Shown here: positions 26,556 to 36,900 of the stretch, in pieces | Numbering within the stretch: the stretch's first letter is position 1 | How the letters are laid out: every line of letters starts with the position of its first letter | NCBI GenBank assembly: GCA_040400605.1 | Contig: JBBAPZ010000013.1 | Span: 50,289-100,734 of the forward strand | Direction of reading: 5' to 3' | Origin: Candidatus Sericytochromatia bacterium | GTDB lineage: Bacteria > Cyanobacteriota > Sericytochromatia > S15B-MN24 > JAQBPE01 | DNA length: 50,446 nt | The notes under the pieces: model-generated | Told to the model about the DNA's origin: nothing | The model's input: only the letters and a program-made list of their open reading frames with translations | The model's database searches: none | Translations under genes and position numbers: made by a program

Positions 26556-27542
26556 ATGGCCAGATTACGGGTTGCGCCGCGGCTGTCTGGTGTGCTTTTG
26601 CTCGGGGTCATGGTGTTGCTGGCCGGGTGTACCCGTGCGGGATCGCGGGTAGGTGCGGGGGCGGGTGTCGATGAGGTGCGCACGGGTGTTTCCACCCGGA
26701 ATCCCGCTTTGATCAATGAAGTGATCAAGGAAGAGGCGCCTCCGGTGGGGCCTGTGGCGGATCCGGTGGAGGGGCCTGTGAATTTGCCGCCGGTGCCGCG
26801 TGCGCCGACGACGGTGGTTGATCCGGCGGGTATGCAGGTGCGGGCGCTGGCAACGACGAATACGAATATGCCGGTACCGGGTTTGGGGACGATCAAGACG
26901 ACGATCATTCGAGCGCGGGTGACGTGGACCCCGGTCAAGGGGGCGGCTGGTTACAAGGTTTATCAATTGGCGATGCGTGAAGGTGGCGCTGCTGATACCA
27001 AGGGCAAGCTGGCGTTGAGTACCCCGCATTGGCTGCCGATGGCTTTGGTTGGTGGCGGAATGGGGTTTTCTAACTTGAATGTTGGCCAGGAGTATTTGTA
27101 CACGGTTGAAGCCTTGGATCGCGCCGGCAACGTGATTGGGCGTGGGCAGGACAACTGTGCGCCGTTGGCACCGCTAGAGATTCCCTATTTGCAAGAGCCT
27201 GCGCAGCATGAGGCCAATGTGGGGGCGACACCGTATTTTCGGTGGAAGCCGTCGAACGGCGCGGATGGGTATTATGTGGAGGTCTTTGGGACGATGCGGG
27301 GCGTGGTGCCTGCGATGCCGATGTGGCGTGGGTTTCGTTCCAATCCGGAGTCGATGAATATGCTGTATGGGCAGCAGGTGGATGTGTTTGAGGGCACGCG
27401 TCCGTTGCAGTGGTCGCTGCCTTTAAATCTGGGTTCGCGTTACGCGTGGACGGTGTGTGCGATTCGGACGGATACGCACAATATGCACAATGCCAAGGCG
27501 ATCGCACGGGCCACGGCGTCGTTCAATTACTTTACGCCTTGA
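26556..27542 (+). CDS. Lipoprotein with fibronectin-III-like beta domains
   Basis: AAGGAG RBS; lipobox LLAGC; VTWTPVKGAAGYKVY...NLNVGQEYLYTVEALD and FRWKPSNGADGYYVEV patterns. Confidence 0.75.
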   Translation: MARLRVAPRLSGVLLLGVMVLLAGCTRAGSRVGAGAGVDEVRTGVSTRNPALINEVIKEEAPPVGPVADPVEGPVNLPPVPRAPTTVVDPAGMQVRALATTNTNMPVPGLGTIKTTIIRARVTWTPVKGAAGYKVYQLAMREGGAADTKGKLALSTPHWLPMALVGGGMGFSNLNVGQEYLYTVEALDRAGNVIGRGQDNCAPLAPLEIPYLQEPAQHEANVGATPYFRWKPSNGADGYYVEVFGTMRGVVPAMPMWRGFRSNPESMNMLYGQQVDVFEGTRPLQWSLPLNLGSRYAWTVCAIRTDTHNMHNAKAIARATASFNYFTP

Positions 27543-27552
27543 GGATCCGGTG

Positions 27553-28956
27553 ATGCGCGGCGTTTCGATTGGGATGACAGCTTTGGTGATACTGGGTGCC
27601 TGCTTGCTCACCGCGTGCGGGCGTCGTGAATACGCGAATTTGCCTGAGTCGACAGTGCCCAAGGCGTCTGGGGTGGGGACGGTCGTGGTGAGTGTGGTCG
27701 ACCCTTCGGCCAAGCCGTTGTCGGGGGCTAGGGTCGCGTTGCGCAAGGCGAACGGTGAAGCGGTCGGTGAGGCCTTGATGACCGATACCAAAGGGCTTGT
27801 CACGCTGAAAGCACCGCTTGGCGGGAGTTATGAGCTGTCCGTGCAGCATGGCGGTTTATCCGCATTTCGCTCCGGCATCGCGTTGGATTCCGAAGCACCG
27901 GCGCAGGTGTCGGTCACGTTGGTGCCACCTGAGACGCCGAAGGCGTCGATTGCCGGCACGGTGATGGACGGGGTGTCGGCCAAGCCCCTTGATGGTGCGA
28001 CAGTGTCGGTCTTGGGCACCCAAAACACGGTGAAGGCTGGCCCTGATGGGTCGTTTTTGCTCAAGGATGTGGCCGTGGGCAACCCGGTGCTGGTGTTTTC
28101 GTTCAAGGGCTTTTTAGAGACGCGACGCAGTTTGGTCGTACGGCCGGGACAGCTCGAACGACTGGATCTCAAACTCTACGCGAGCGGTAACGCCTCGCGC
28201 ATTGGCCACACCCTGGTGGCGTCTCAAGGTGGTGTGCATGAGGTTGATCGCGCAGGCCGTACCGTTTGGCACTTGCGAACCGGTGCCTTCCAGGCCCGCA
28301 TGCTGCCTGGTGGCAATGCACTGTTGTCTGGAACGCAAGGTGTCGTGGAAGTAAACACCGCACGCACGGTCGTGTGGAGTTACAAACCTCTGAGCCTCGG
28401 CGTGTTGAGTGATCCGCAGGCCATTTGGCGCACCAGCACGGGCAACACGTGGATCGCCGACACCGGCAACAACCGTGTCATCGAAGTCAGCACGACCCAA
28501 CGCCTGCAACGGGTCCTCAAAGCCAGCTTGTCTCGTCCCATGTCGGTTGAGCGGCTCGAAGCCACCGCCTCGACCTTGATCGCTGACACCGGCAATCACC
28601 GCGTGATTGAAGTGGCGGATGACGGCCGCATACTCTGGAGCCTGGGCGACGGAACCCCAACCCTGCTCAACCACCCCACCAGTGCGAGTCGCCTGCCCAA
28701 CGGCAACACCCTCATCGCGGATAGCGGGAACCACCGTGTCATGGAGGTCAACCGGACCCTCCAACTGGTGTGGATGTACGGCGGCGCTGGCGATCGCACC
28801 ACCTGCTACCTCCCGAACGCCGCCTCCCGTCTCCCCAACGGCAACACCCTCATCGCCGACACCGGCAACGACCGCGTCCTCGAAATCAGCCCCAAAGCCA
28901 CCGTCACCTGGCAATACGAGGGCGTCCCCCAACCCCTGTTCGTCGAACGCCTCTAG
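27553..28956 (+). CDS. Lipoprotein with carboxypeptidase-regulatory-like domains and NHL-like beta-propeller
   Basis: Lipobox LLTAC; two KPL(S/D)GA.V beta-sandwich units; repeated (LPN)GNTLIADTGNHRVIEV motif. Confidence 0.8.
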   Translation: MRGVSIGMTALVILGACLLTACGRREYANLPESTVPKASGVGTVVVSVVDPSAKPLSGARVALRKANGEAVGEALMTDTKGLVTLKAPLGGSYELSVQHGGLSAFRSGIALDSEAPAQVSVTLVPPETPKASIAGTVMDGVSAKPLDGATVSVLGTQNTVKAGPDGSFLLKDVAVGNPVLVFSFKGFLETRRSLVVRPGQLERLDLKLYASGNASRIGHTLVASQGGVHEVDRAGRTVWHLRTGAFQARMLPGGNALLSGTQGVVEVNTARTVVWSYKPLSLGVLSDPQAIWRTSTGNTWIADTGNNRVIEVSTTQRLQRVLKASLSRPMSVERLEATASTLIADTGNHRVIEVADDGRILWSLGDGTPTLLNHPTSASRLPNGNTLIADSGNHRVMEVNRTLQLVWMYGGAGDRTTCYLPNAASRLPNGNTLIADTGNDRVLEISPKATVTWQYEGVPQPLFVERL

Positions 28957-29045
28957 ACCAACGGTTGTACCGCGTTTCAAGCGGGAGCCAGGTCTATTGA
29001 GGGAGGCTGCATCGTTTTAAACAAAAAAAAATTTCACCGCAGCAC

Positions 29046-29074
29046 TTGAAATTAAGGTTAAGTAAAGGTAAATT
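29046..29074 (+). promoter_or_regulatory. Sigma70-type promoter upstream of the GH13 gene
   Basis: TTGAAA, 17-nt spacer, TAAATT in an AT-rich island. Confidence 0.5.
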
Positions 29075-29214
29075 TTAGAATATATTTCAGTATGCCTGCC
29101 GATGACGCTGGCTATCTGGTCGTCTTGATCCGGTGGCGATTGTTTGGGCGCGTGTCGCCTGGTTCCATTCACTGACTCAGGTGTTGCCGTTTGACGTTTA
29201 GGGAGGGTGTTTGG

Positions 29215-30783
29215 GTGTCAACTTTGGCCTGTCGTTTGGGGGGTTTGGGTGTATGCCTGGCGCTTTTGGCGGGATGTGCGCAGCTGGGTGCCGGGGCGTT
29301 CGGGGTGCGGCCGGGGGTGTCGTCTGTGTCTGCTCGGGCGGGGGGTGGAACGACTTTTACGCCGCGTTGGGTTAAAGATGCGGTGTTTTATCAGATTTTC
29401 CCGGAGCGTTTTGAGAATGGTGATCGTGGCAATGATCCGCCCAAGGCGTTGCCGTGGGGTGGCAAGCCTGAGAACTTCAATTATTTCGGTGGTGATTTGG
29501 CGGGTGTGATGCGGCGTTTGCCGTATTTGCGTTCGCTTGGGGTGAATGCGATTTATTTAAATCCGATTTTCAAGGCGTCTTCCAACCACAAGTATAATAC
29601 GGCGGATTACATGCAGATCGATCCAGCCTTCGGAACGAACCAGTTGTTCCGGGAGTTGTTGTCAAAGGCGCACGGGATGGGCATTCGGGTCATTTTGGAT
29701 GGGGTGTTCAATCATACGGGGGATGATCACCTGTTTTTCCAGGATGCGGTGCAAAAAGGTGACAAGAGTCCCTATTGGGATTTTTACACCATTTGGGGTT
29801 ATCCGGTGGTGACGGAGCCGCGTCCGAATTATAACGCCTGGTGGGGCTTTGGCACGTTGCCACAGTTGCGTGCCGCAAGCAACCGCAAGGTCCAGGAGTA
29901 TTTGTTTGATGTCACGGAGTACTGGACGCGTCAAGGAATTGATGGTTGGCGGCTGGATGTTCCGAATGAGATCGACAACCGGGATTTTTGGCGTGAGTGG
30001 CGCAAGCGGGTGCGTGCGATCAATCCCCAGGCTTATATTGTCGGTGAGATTTGGGACGATGGGTCATCCTGGTTGCAAGGCGACCAATTTGACGCGGTGA
30101 TGAACTACATTTATCGGGAGATTTTGTTGGACTTTTTCGCGAAGCAGTCGATCAGCGTCGATGACTTCGATGCCCGTTTGACGGCGCTACGTAACCGTTA
30201 CGGCCAGGAAGTGACCGAGGCGGGGTTCAACATCCTGGGCAGCCATGATGTCCCGCGTTTGCGGACCGAGGCCCGTGGCAGCGCTGAAAAGGCCCGCGAA
30301 GCCATGTTCTTCCAGTTCATTTCACCCGGCGCGCCACTCATTTACTACGGCGATGAGCTTGGCATGGAAGGGGCCAAAGACCCGGACAACCGGCGAACGA
30401 TGCCTTGGGAAGTGCTGGCGCGTGGTGGCGTGGCATCAGCTGAAGCACAACTGTCCTACGTGCAGCAGTTGATTGCTATTCGTCGGGCGCACCCGGCACT
30501 CCGTGCCTTTAACACCCGGACCTTGATGCGTCACAATCACCATCGGCTCTACGCCTCCATCCGGCAAGCCACGGATGAAAAACTCATTGTGGGCTTCAAC
30601 AGCGGCGATGAGGACCGCGACGTGACCTTCTCCGTCCTCAACGAATTCCCCGACAATACAAGCTTCATCGATGCCTTCTCCAAGCGGCGCGTCACGGTTC
30701 AAGGCGGCACGCTCACCTTGCCCAAACAAGCTGCTCACACAGGCTTCATCCTCATTCCCCAAAAAGCGGGTCGCAGCCGCTAA
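29215..30783 (+). CDS. GH13 alpha-amylase family (neopullulanase/cyclomaltodextrinase-like) lipoprotein
   Basis: FYQIFPERF, DGVFNH, GWRLDVPNE (Asp), IVGEIW (Glu), LGSHDVPR (Asp) and YYGDELG; lipobox LLAGC; GGGAGG RBS before GTG. Confidence 0.92.
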   Translation: MSTLACRLGGLGVCLALLAGCAQLGAGAFGVRPGVSSVSARAGGGTTFTPRWVKDAVFYQIFPERFENGDRGNDPPKALPWGGKPENFNYFGGDLAGVMRRLPYLRSLGVNAIYLNPIFKASSNHKYNTADYMQIDPAFGTNQLFRELLSKAHGMGIRVILDGVFNHTGDDHLFFQDAVQKGDKSPYWDFYTIWGYPVVTEPRPNYNAWWGFGTLPQLRAASNRKVQEYLFDVTEYWTRQGIDGWRLDVPNEIDNRDFWREWRKRVRAINPQAYIVGEIWDDGSSWLQGDQFDAVMNYIYREILLDFFAKQSISVDDFDARLTALRNRYGQEVTEAGFNILGSHDVPRLRTEARGSAEKAREAMFFQFISPGAPLIYYGDELGMEGAKDPDNRRTMPWEVLARGGVASAEAQLSYVQQLIAIRRAHPALRAFNTRTLMRHNHHRLYASIRQATDEKLIVGFNSGDEDRDVTFSVLNEFPDNTSFIDAFSKRRVTVQGGTLTLPKQAAHTGFILIPQKAGRSR

Positions 30784-30859
30784 CGCACCAATCACGCCCC
30801 GGGCGCCAGGCTACACGAGGCGTCATACCCCAAGGCCGAAAACCCAACGGTCCTGCCGT

Positions 30860-30900
30860 CACGCCCCGCCCCTCGCTGTTGATGCAAGGGGCGGGGCGTG
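30860..30900. terminator. Strong GC hairpin (terminator-like) after the GH13 gene
   Basis: Perfect 14-bp inverted repeat CACGCCCCGCCCCT/AGGGGCGGGGCGTG; no T tract. Confidence 0.5.
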
Positions 30901-31133
30901 CGATTGCAGCCCTGTGCGGGAACAAGCACCCGCCTGCACCATCACGCCGTCATCGCTTGACGCAACGCTTCGCGTTCAAAACGTGTGCGGCAAATTCAAA
31001 AACCTCAGGCGCGGTCGTGCTGTTGTTCAACAACAGCTGAACAGTGAACACGAATCAATCATGTTTTGTCACGCCGGTCGGCAGCCCTGCCGACTGATAT
31101 GCCAGCCCCTATGATCCGTTTATGATTAGAGTT

Positions 31134-31160
31134 TGTACAATTTGTATACAGAATTGTACA
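31134..31160. promoter_or_regulatory. Tripartite palindromic operator candidate
   Basis: TGTACAATT-TGTATACA-G-AATTGTACA, just upstream of a TATGAT -10-like hexamer. Confidence 0.65.
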
Positions 31161-31331
31161 GGTATGATACAGTAGCGCTCACGGTAAAGGTTGCCTGTTT
31201 GGTCGATGCTGGTAGGTCGTTTTGGGCACGACTTGCAGTTTTCTTCTTGGTCGCAGGACTCCTTGGAACGCAATGCAGCGGCGCAGTGACGTGCGCGGAA
31301 AGGACGGACCGAAGTGGCGGAGGGAGCAAGA

Positions 31332-32153
31332 ATGTCGATCGGTGTGATGGCACGGAGGGAGGAGGCGAGGTCTTTTTCCCGGAGTCCGTCGATTGATCTT
31401 TTGATGCAAAGTTTGAAGGCGGCGGAGGTGAGTCGTCGGGCTTTTGTGAATGAAACCGGGTTGAGTTACGAGTATGTATCGCGCATTTTCAACAACAAGG
31501 TGAAGTTTCCGGCGGTGCGTGAGACTTTGGAGAAGTTTGCCGAGGTGGCGCGTATTGATCCCATGCAATTTGTGGAGTACCGGCAATTGGTCAGTGTATT
31601 GCCGGCATCCACGCGGAAATTGTGGGCGCAGTTACAGCAGCTGGGGATGTCGCGTCAGGTTTTCAGTGCCAAGGTTGGCATCAGTCGCACGTATATGTAT
31701 GAAATTTTGCGCGGTGATGTACCGTTTCCGCGCAATCCGGAGGTGATTGAAAAGATTGCGCAGGCGGCGCAGTTGGATCCGGAAGTGTTTGGGGAATATC
31801 TGGCGCCGGTTCAGGACTGGGCTGAGCGCAACCCTGCGGCGATCGAGCAGGTGTTTATGGACCTGCTGGTGTCGAAGATGCTGTTGTCGCGCGGATATGG
31901 CGATTTCAAGTCGCCGGCGTCGGCCTTGTCGGATGACTTGTTGAGCATTTTCCCGCCGGATGAGCGATTTGACCCCACTGTGAGTGCGTTGATGCGCGTG
32001 ATGGGGCGTGAGCGCCTGTCGGTTCGGGATGTCTGTGACAAAGCGCAGGTAAATGATCGGGATGTGCGCCTCTTGTTGATGGGGCAGGTTCATCCTGAGG
32101 ACTTGAGCGATACCTTCGCCCGGTTGACGCAAGTCTTTCAATTGAAGCCGTGA
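31332..32153 (+). CDS. XRE-like transcriptional regulator with tandemly repeated HTH domains
   Basis: Internal repeat SRRAFVNETGLSYEYVSRI...FP...EKFAEVARIDP..F.EY / SRQVFSAKVGISRTYMYEI...FP...EKIAQAAQLDP..F.EY. GGAGGGAG RBS. Confidence 0.8.
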   Translation: MSIGVMARREEARSFSRSPSIDLLMQSLKAAEVSRRAFVNETGLSYEYVSRIFNNKVKFPAVRETLEKFAEVARIDPMQFVEYRQLVSVLPASTRKLWAQLQQLGMSRQVFSAKVGISRTYMYEILRGDVPFPRNPEVIEKIAQAAQLDPEVFGEYLAPVQDWAERNPAAIEQVFMDLLVSKMLLSRGYGDFKSPASALSDDLLSIFPPDERFDPTVSALMRVMGRERLSVRDVCDKAQVNDRDVRLLLMGQVHPEDLSDTFARLTQVFQLKP

Positions 32154-32270
32154 ACGTCAAGTCAGCCTCAGCTTATGTTCGCTGGGTGAGTGCGTGGGGT
32201 TTGAGCGGTGTTCAGTGAGAACGGTGTACAGGTTGCGGGTGTCGCGCTTCCGGTCCGGAGGACTTGAGGC

Positions 32271-32660
32271 GTGGCATCTGTTTTGTTGGCTGAGGATAAC
32301 CCGGATACCGTTGATTTTTTGTCAAGACGCTTGAGCGAGGCGGGTTTTGATGTGTTGGTGGCGCGCAACGGGGCGGATGCGTTCGCTTTGGCGTTGCGGG
32401 AAAAGCCGGATGCGATCGTTATCGATGTCAACCTGCCGCGGGTGGCGGGGGATGAGGTGATTCGCCGGTTGCGTGCCGAGGCTGCGCTGGGTGTCACGCC
32501 GGTCATTTTCGTGACGGCGGATTACACGACTCGCGTGGCCCAGAGTTTGGTGCCGGGGCAGGTGTTGTGCATGGAGAAAGCGATTCGCGCGCGCGCGTTA
32601 ATTGAAAACCTGCAGGGCTTGCTGGCGTCGCAAGGGCGTGGTGGCGCGCGTCCCGGCTGA
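32271..32660 (+). CDS. Single-domain response regulator (CheY-like receiver)
   Basis: VLLAEDN, IVIDVNLP (phospho-Asp), IFVTA and conserved Lys. Confidence 0.88.
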   Translation: MASVLLAEDNPDTVDFLSRRLSEAGFDVLVARNGADAFALALREKPDAIVIDVNLPRVAGDEVIRRLRAEAALGVTPVIFVTADYTTRVAQSLVPGQVLCMEKAIRARALIENLQGLLASQGRGGARPG

Positions 32661-32710
32661 GTGATTCATGATACGATGGACGCGCTGTGCTGGATTGGGA
32701 GCGGAGTCGC

Positions 32711-33835
32711 GTGACGATCATTTCTTCCTCGGATGGCTCGGAGGTACCGCGGCCGCCGGTGCGATCGCCCGTTGCGGTTCAGGCCTCCGAGCGCGTGGTC
32801 GCTCCCGAAGCGGCCGTGGAGGACCAAGTCGGAGAGCCTGGTCTGCGGCCGCGACGTTTGGCGGATTATATGGGCCAAACCGCTTTAAAGACGGTGATGC
32901 AGGTGGCGATTGATGCCGCTTTGCAACGCAATGAAGCGTTGGATCACGTGTTGTTGTATGGGCCACCCGGACTTGGCAAGACCACGATGGCCCAGGTCAT
33001 TGGTGCCGAGTTGGGTGTGACTGTGCGCATCACCTCGGCTCCCGCGCTTGAGCGGCCCCGTGACATTGCGGGTTTGCTTGCGAGTCTTGCGCCGTCGGAG
33101 GTGTTGTTCATTGATGAGATCCATCGGCTGAACCGCCTGGCGGAGGAGATATTATACCCGGCGATGGAGGATTTTTCGCTGGATATCACAATTGGAAAAG
33201 GGACGACGGCGCGGGTGCGACGGGTGCCGCTGCCCCGCTTTACGCTGATTGGGGCAACGACGCGGGCGGGGGCATTGTCGTCGCCGTTGCGTGACCGCTT
33301 CGGGTTGATTCAGCGTCTGAATTACTATGAGCCGGAGGTACTGCAAGCAATTGTTCTGCGCTCGGCGGAGTTGATGGGTATTGTGGTGGAGGCGGAGGGT
33401 GCTGCGGTGATCGCCCGGCGCGCCCGGGGGACGCCTCGTATTGCAAACCGTTTGTTGCGACGGGTTCGGGATTGGGCGCAGTTGCACCATGAGGGCCGTG
33501 TATCGGCTGAGGCTGCCAATGAGGCATTGGATGGGTTGGGGGTGGATCCGCTGGGTCTCGATGCCACCGACCGTGAACTGTTGCGCGTGATGATCACGCA
33601 GTACCATGGTGGCCCGGTCGGTATCGAAACACTGGCAGCCGCTATCAGTGAGGATGTCACGACCATCGAGGATCTGTACGAACCCTTTTTGCTGCAATCC
33701 GGGCTTTTGGCGCGGACGCCGCGTGGGCGGGTGGCGACGCCGCGCGCGGGCGTGCACTTGGGCTTGACGCTTGATTCCGGCCCTGGTGCGCATCAGTTGT
33801 CTTTGCCGGGGCAGTTTGGAAACCCGCCCACGTAA
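32711..33835 (+). CDS. ruvB: Holliday junction branch migration DNA helicase RuvB
   Basis: [63 protein letters not shown] and RTPRGR. Confidence 0.98.
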   Translation: MTIISSSDGSEVPRPPVRSPVAVQASERVVAPEAAVEDQVGEPGLRPRRLADYMGQTALKTVMQVAIDAALQRNEALDHVLLYGPPGLGKTTMAQVIGAELGVTVRITSAPALERPRDIAGLLASLAPSEVLFIDEIHRLNRLAEEILYPAMEDFSLDITIGKGTTARVRRVPLPRFTLIGATTRAGALSSPLRDRFGLIQRLNYYEPEVLQAIVLRSAELMGIVVEAEGAAVIARRARGTPRIANRLLRRVRDWAQLHHEGRVSAEAANEALDGLGVDPLGLDATDRELLRVMITQYHGGPVGIETLAAAISEDVTTIEDLYEPFLLQSGLLARTPRGRVATPRAGVHLGLTLDSGPGAHQLSLPGQFGNPPT

Positions 33836-33958
33836 CGGAATTTACGTGATTTCGCTCACAAGATGCTAACAACGTGCTCGCTTGGGTATAACAGGCTGGT
33901 AACGTGCCGACATTACGAAGATGAATCCCGCTAGGGTTAGGATTGAAGATAGGTCACG

Positions 33959-36900
33959 ATGGCAGAAGCGTTAAGAGAAATCAGTAATCGCTATCGCACC
34001 CTGGCCACCCTGGGAGAGGGCGGAATGGGTGTTGTCTATCTCGTTGAGGATACGACTACGCAGCGTCAGGTTGCCTTGAAGGTTTTGTCGAGCCAGCTTG
34101 CGCGTGACGAGCGGGTGTTGCAGGGGTTCAAGCAAGAGTTTCGTATGATGTCGAAACTGAAGCATCCCAATAATTGCGAAGCATATGACTATGGCGCGAT
34201 GCCGGATGGCACCCCTTATTTCACGATGGAAGTGGTTCCGGGACAGGGTCTGGATGAAGCGTTGCCGCTCGGCACCGAGGTGATGAACAGTGTTTTGAGC
34301 CAGGTTTGTTTGACGCTGGCATTTATTCATCAGCAGGGCTTTGTGCACTGTGATCTCAAGCCCGAAAACATTCGCATCAAGCCGGATGGCACGGTCAAAT
34401 TGATGGATTTCGGGCTGATGGAGGTGAGCGGTCAGTCCGGTGGCGCGATCAAAGGCACCTTGGCGTATTTGGCGCCGGAAGTGGCCAAACGCGATCGCAT
34501 CGACCAACGCTCCGACATCTACTCGCTGGGCGCCGTGGCCTATCAGTTGTTGACCGGACAAACGCCGTTTCGCGGTTCGACGCCGGTTGAGGTGTTGCGC
34601 GCGCACCTGAATGAAACGCCGCGTCCTTTGCGTCAGATTGACAAGGCGATACCGGTTGCGATGGAGCAGGTTGTCCTGAAGATGCTGGCCAAGGAGCCAA
34701 TCGCCCGCTATCAGTCGTGCTATGACGTCTTGTCGTCCTTGGGCATTGAAGTCGATGATCGTGGCGCAGCCATGTTGTTGGCACCGGCCTTTGTGGGCCG
34801 GCATCCGGAAATGGCCCGGTTGGGTTCGGCGCTGGAACGGTTGAAAGACCCTTCGTCATCGGATTCACGCGGTGGTGCTTTGTGGATCGCTGGTCCCGGC
34901 GGCGTGGGCAAGACACGCTTGCTGGGTGAATTTCGTTTTGCGGCACAATTGGCGGAAGTTCCGTTTTATTTGGGGACCTGTTCGGCACAGCGGGCACCCT
35001 ATGAACCGTTCGTGGAGGTTTTGCGGCAGTTGTTGCCGGTGATGCGCGAGCGTTGTCAGACATTGTTGACGGAACATGCGGGGCTTTTGGGTAAACTGTT
35101 GCCCGAACTCGGTGATGGGTCGCTGGCGCCGTTGCTGGAACCGGATCAAGAAAAAGTGCTGTTACAGTCGTTGGTGACCAATCTGGTGATACGGGCCACG
35201 GAAGCGACGGGCGCGGTGCTGGTGTTGGAAGCGTGGGACCTGGCGGACAGCTTGAGTCAAGAGATGTTGACCTACCTGATGCGTAACGCCGAGAGTGCGC
35301 CGTTGTTGCTTGTTGTCAGTTCCCGCGATGCGTCGCTTGCGAAGGCGCCAGTTGTCTTGACTTTGTCCGCGTTGGACCAGGCGGAGACGTCTGCTGTGGT
35401 TGCCAGTATGTTGGGTCTGGAGCGTATTGATGATGCGCTGGCGCAGCAGGTGTTTGAGTTGAGTGCGGGCAACGGGCAGTTGATCGGGGATTTGCTGGAT
35501 CATTTGTTGCGGGTGGGGGCCTTTGAACGTGCGCAGGGGCGCTGGACGCTGCCCCGCGTGATTGATGCTGCTCATATACCAAAGGACTTGAAGGCGACTT
35601 GGGTTGAACGACTTTCGACGCTGCCGGAACGTGCGCAGCGGGTTGCCGAGTTTGCGGCGGTTTTCGGAGAGCCATTTGGGCTGGGCCTGGCAGCCGCTGT
35701 GCTGTCTTTGGGTGATGATGCCTTGTTTGATGCGTTGGAAGCGCTCATGCGGGCAAACGTGCTGGATGGTTCGGATGGTCTGTATGCGTTTGCCAATCAG
35801 GATCTTGGGGCGACGTTGTATGAAACGCTCGAAGAGGTGCTCAAGCGTTCGTTGCACGATGCCGTGACGGATTATCTGGCAGGTTTGACGCCGGATGACG
35901 AACGCACCGTGACAGAGTGGACGCGCTTGGCGCGGCAGGCTTTGCGGGGTTCTGATGCGGATCGCGCGATTCGGTTGGCGCTCAAGGCGGGAGAACTGAA
36001 CCGTAGCTTCGTGGCCACCGCCGCGGCGCAGATGCTGCTCAATGAGGGTTATGCCTTGTTGATGGCCAAGCAACGCGCGGGTGTGGATATGCGTCCATGG
36101 CTGCAAACGTGGTGTGAGTATACCAACCACCTGGCGGGCGTGGCGATTTATACGCACAACCTGGATGAGTGTGCGGAATACCTGGAAAAAGGCCTTGCGT
36201 TGGCGGGCGAGTTGGGAGATAAGAATCTTGAGGCGCAGTTGCTGGCGACGAAGGCGCGTTTGCGCGATTCGTCGTTTACCTCCGAAGGAATGGAAGAGGC
36301 GGCACTGATCAGCCAACGGGTCATTGAACTGGCGACCGAAACCGGCAATATCCGCTTGCAAACCCGTACCTTGGTCAATTTGGCACGACAGATGTTTTTC
36401 CGCGGGCTGAACACGCAGGCACAGGACTTGTTCCAACAGGCTGTCGATATTGCAAAAGCGCATGACGTCACATTCTATTATGCGCGGGCATTGTGCTTTT
36501 TGGGTTTCCTCAAGTTCTCGGCGGGCGGTGCAACCCGGGACGAGGGTTATCGAGATCTGTTTCAGGCAATTGATCTTCAATTGCGGATCGGCGACAAATA
36601 CGGCGAGGGCTATTCGTATATGTTGTTGAACAATGTGCAGCAACAGACCGGTCGTTTCACGGAGGCCGTTGAATCCACTAATCGTTATTACGAGATTGTG
36701 ACCGAGTTGGGTGTCAACGATGACCGGGCCGTAGCGTTACTCAACCGCTTGTTTGCATACTTTGAAATGGGTCAGTTCGAGCGTGTCATTGAATTGGCAC
36801 AGGGCTGTCACGACTTTGGTGTGGAAGTGTCGCATGGGCAAGTTGTGCCGGTGAGCTTGACGGTGTGGGCGTGTGCCGCCTACTACACCGGCCAGTCGAC

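Noticed and set aside
26271..30900. Genomic island integrated at tRNA-Gly
   Set aside because: No integrase, no duplicated tRNA 3' end, and the downstream genes share host composition and skew.
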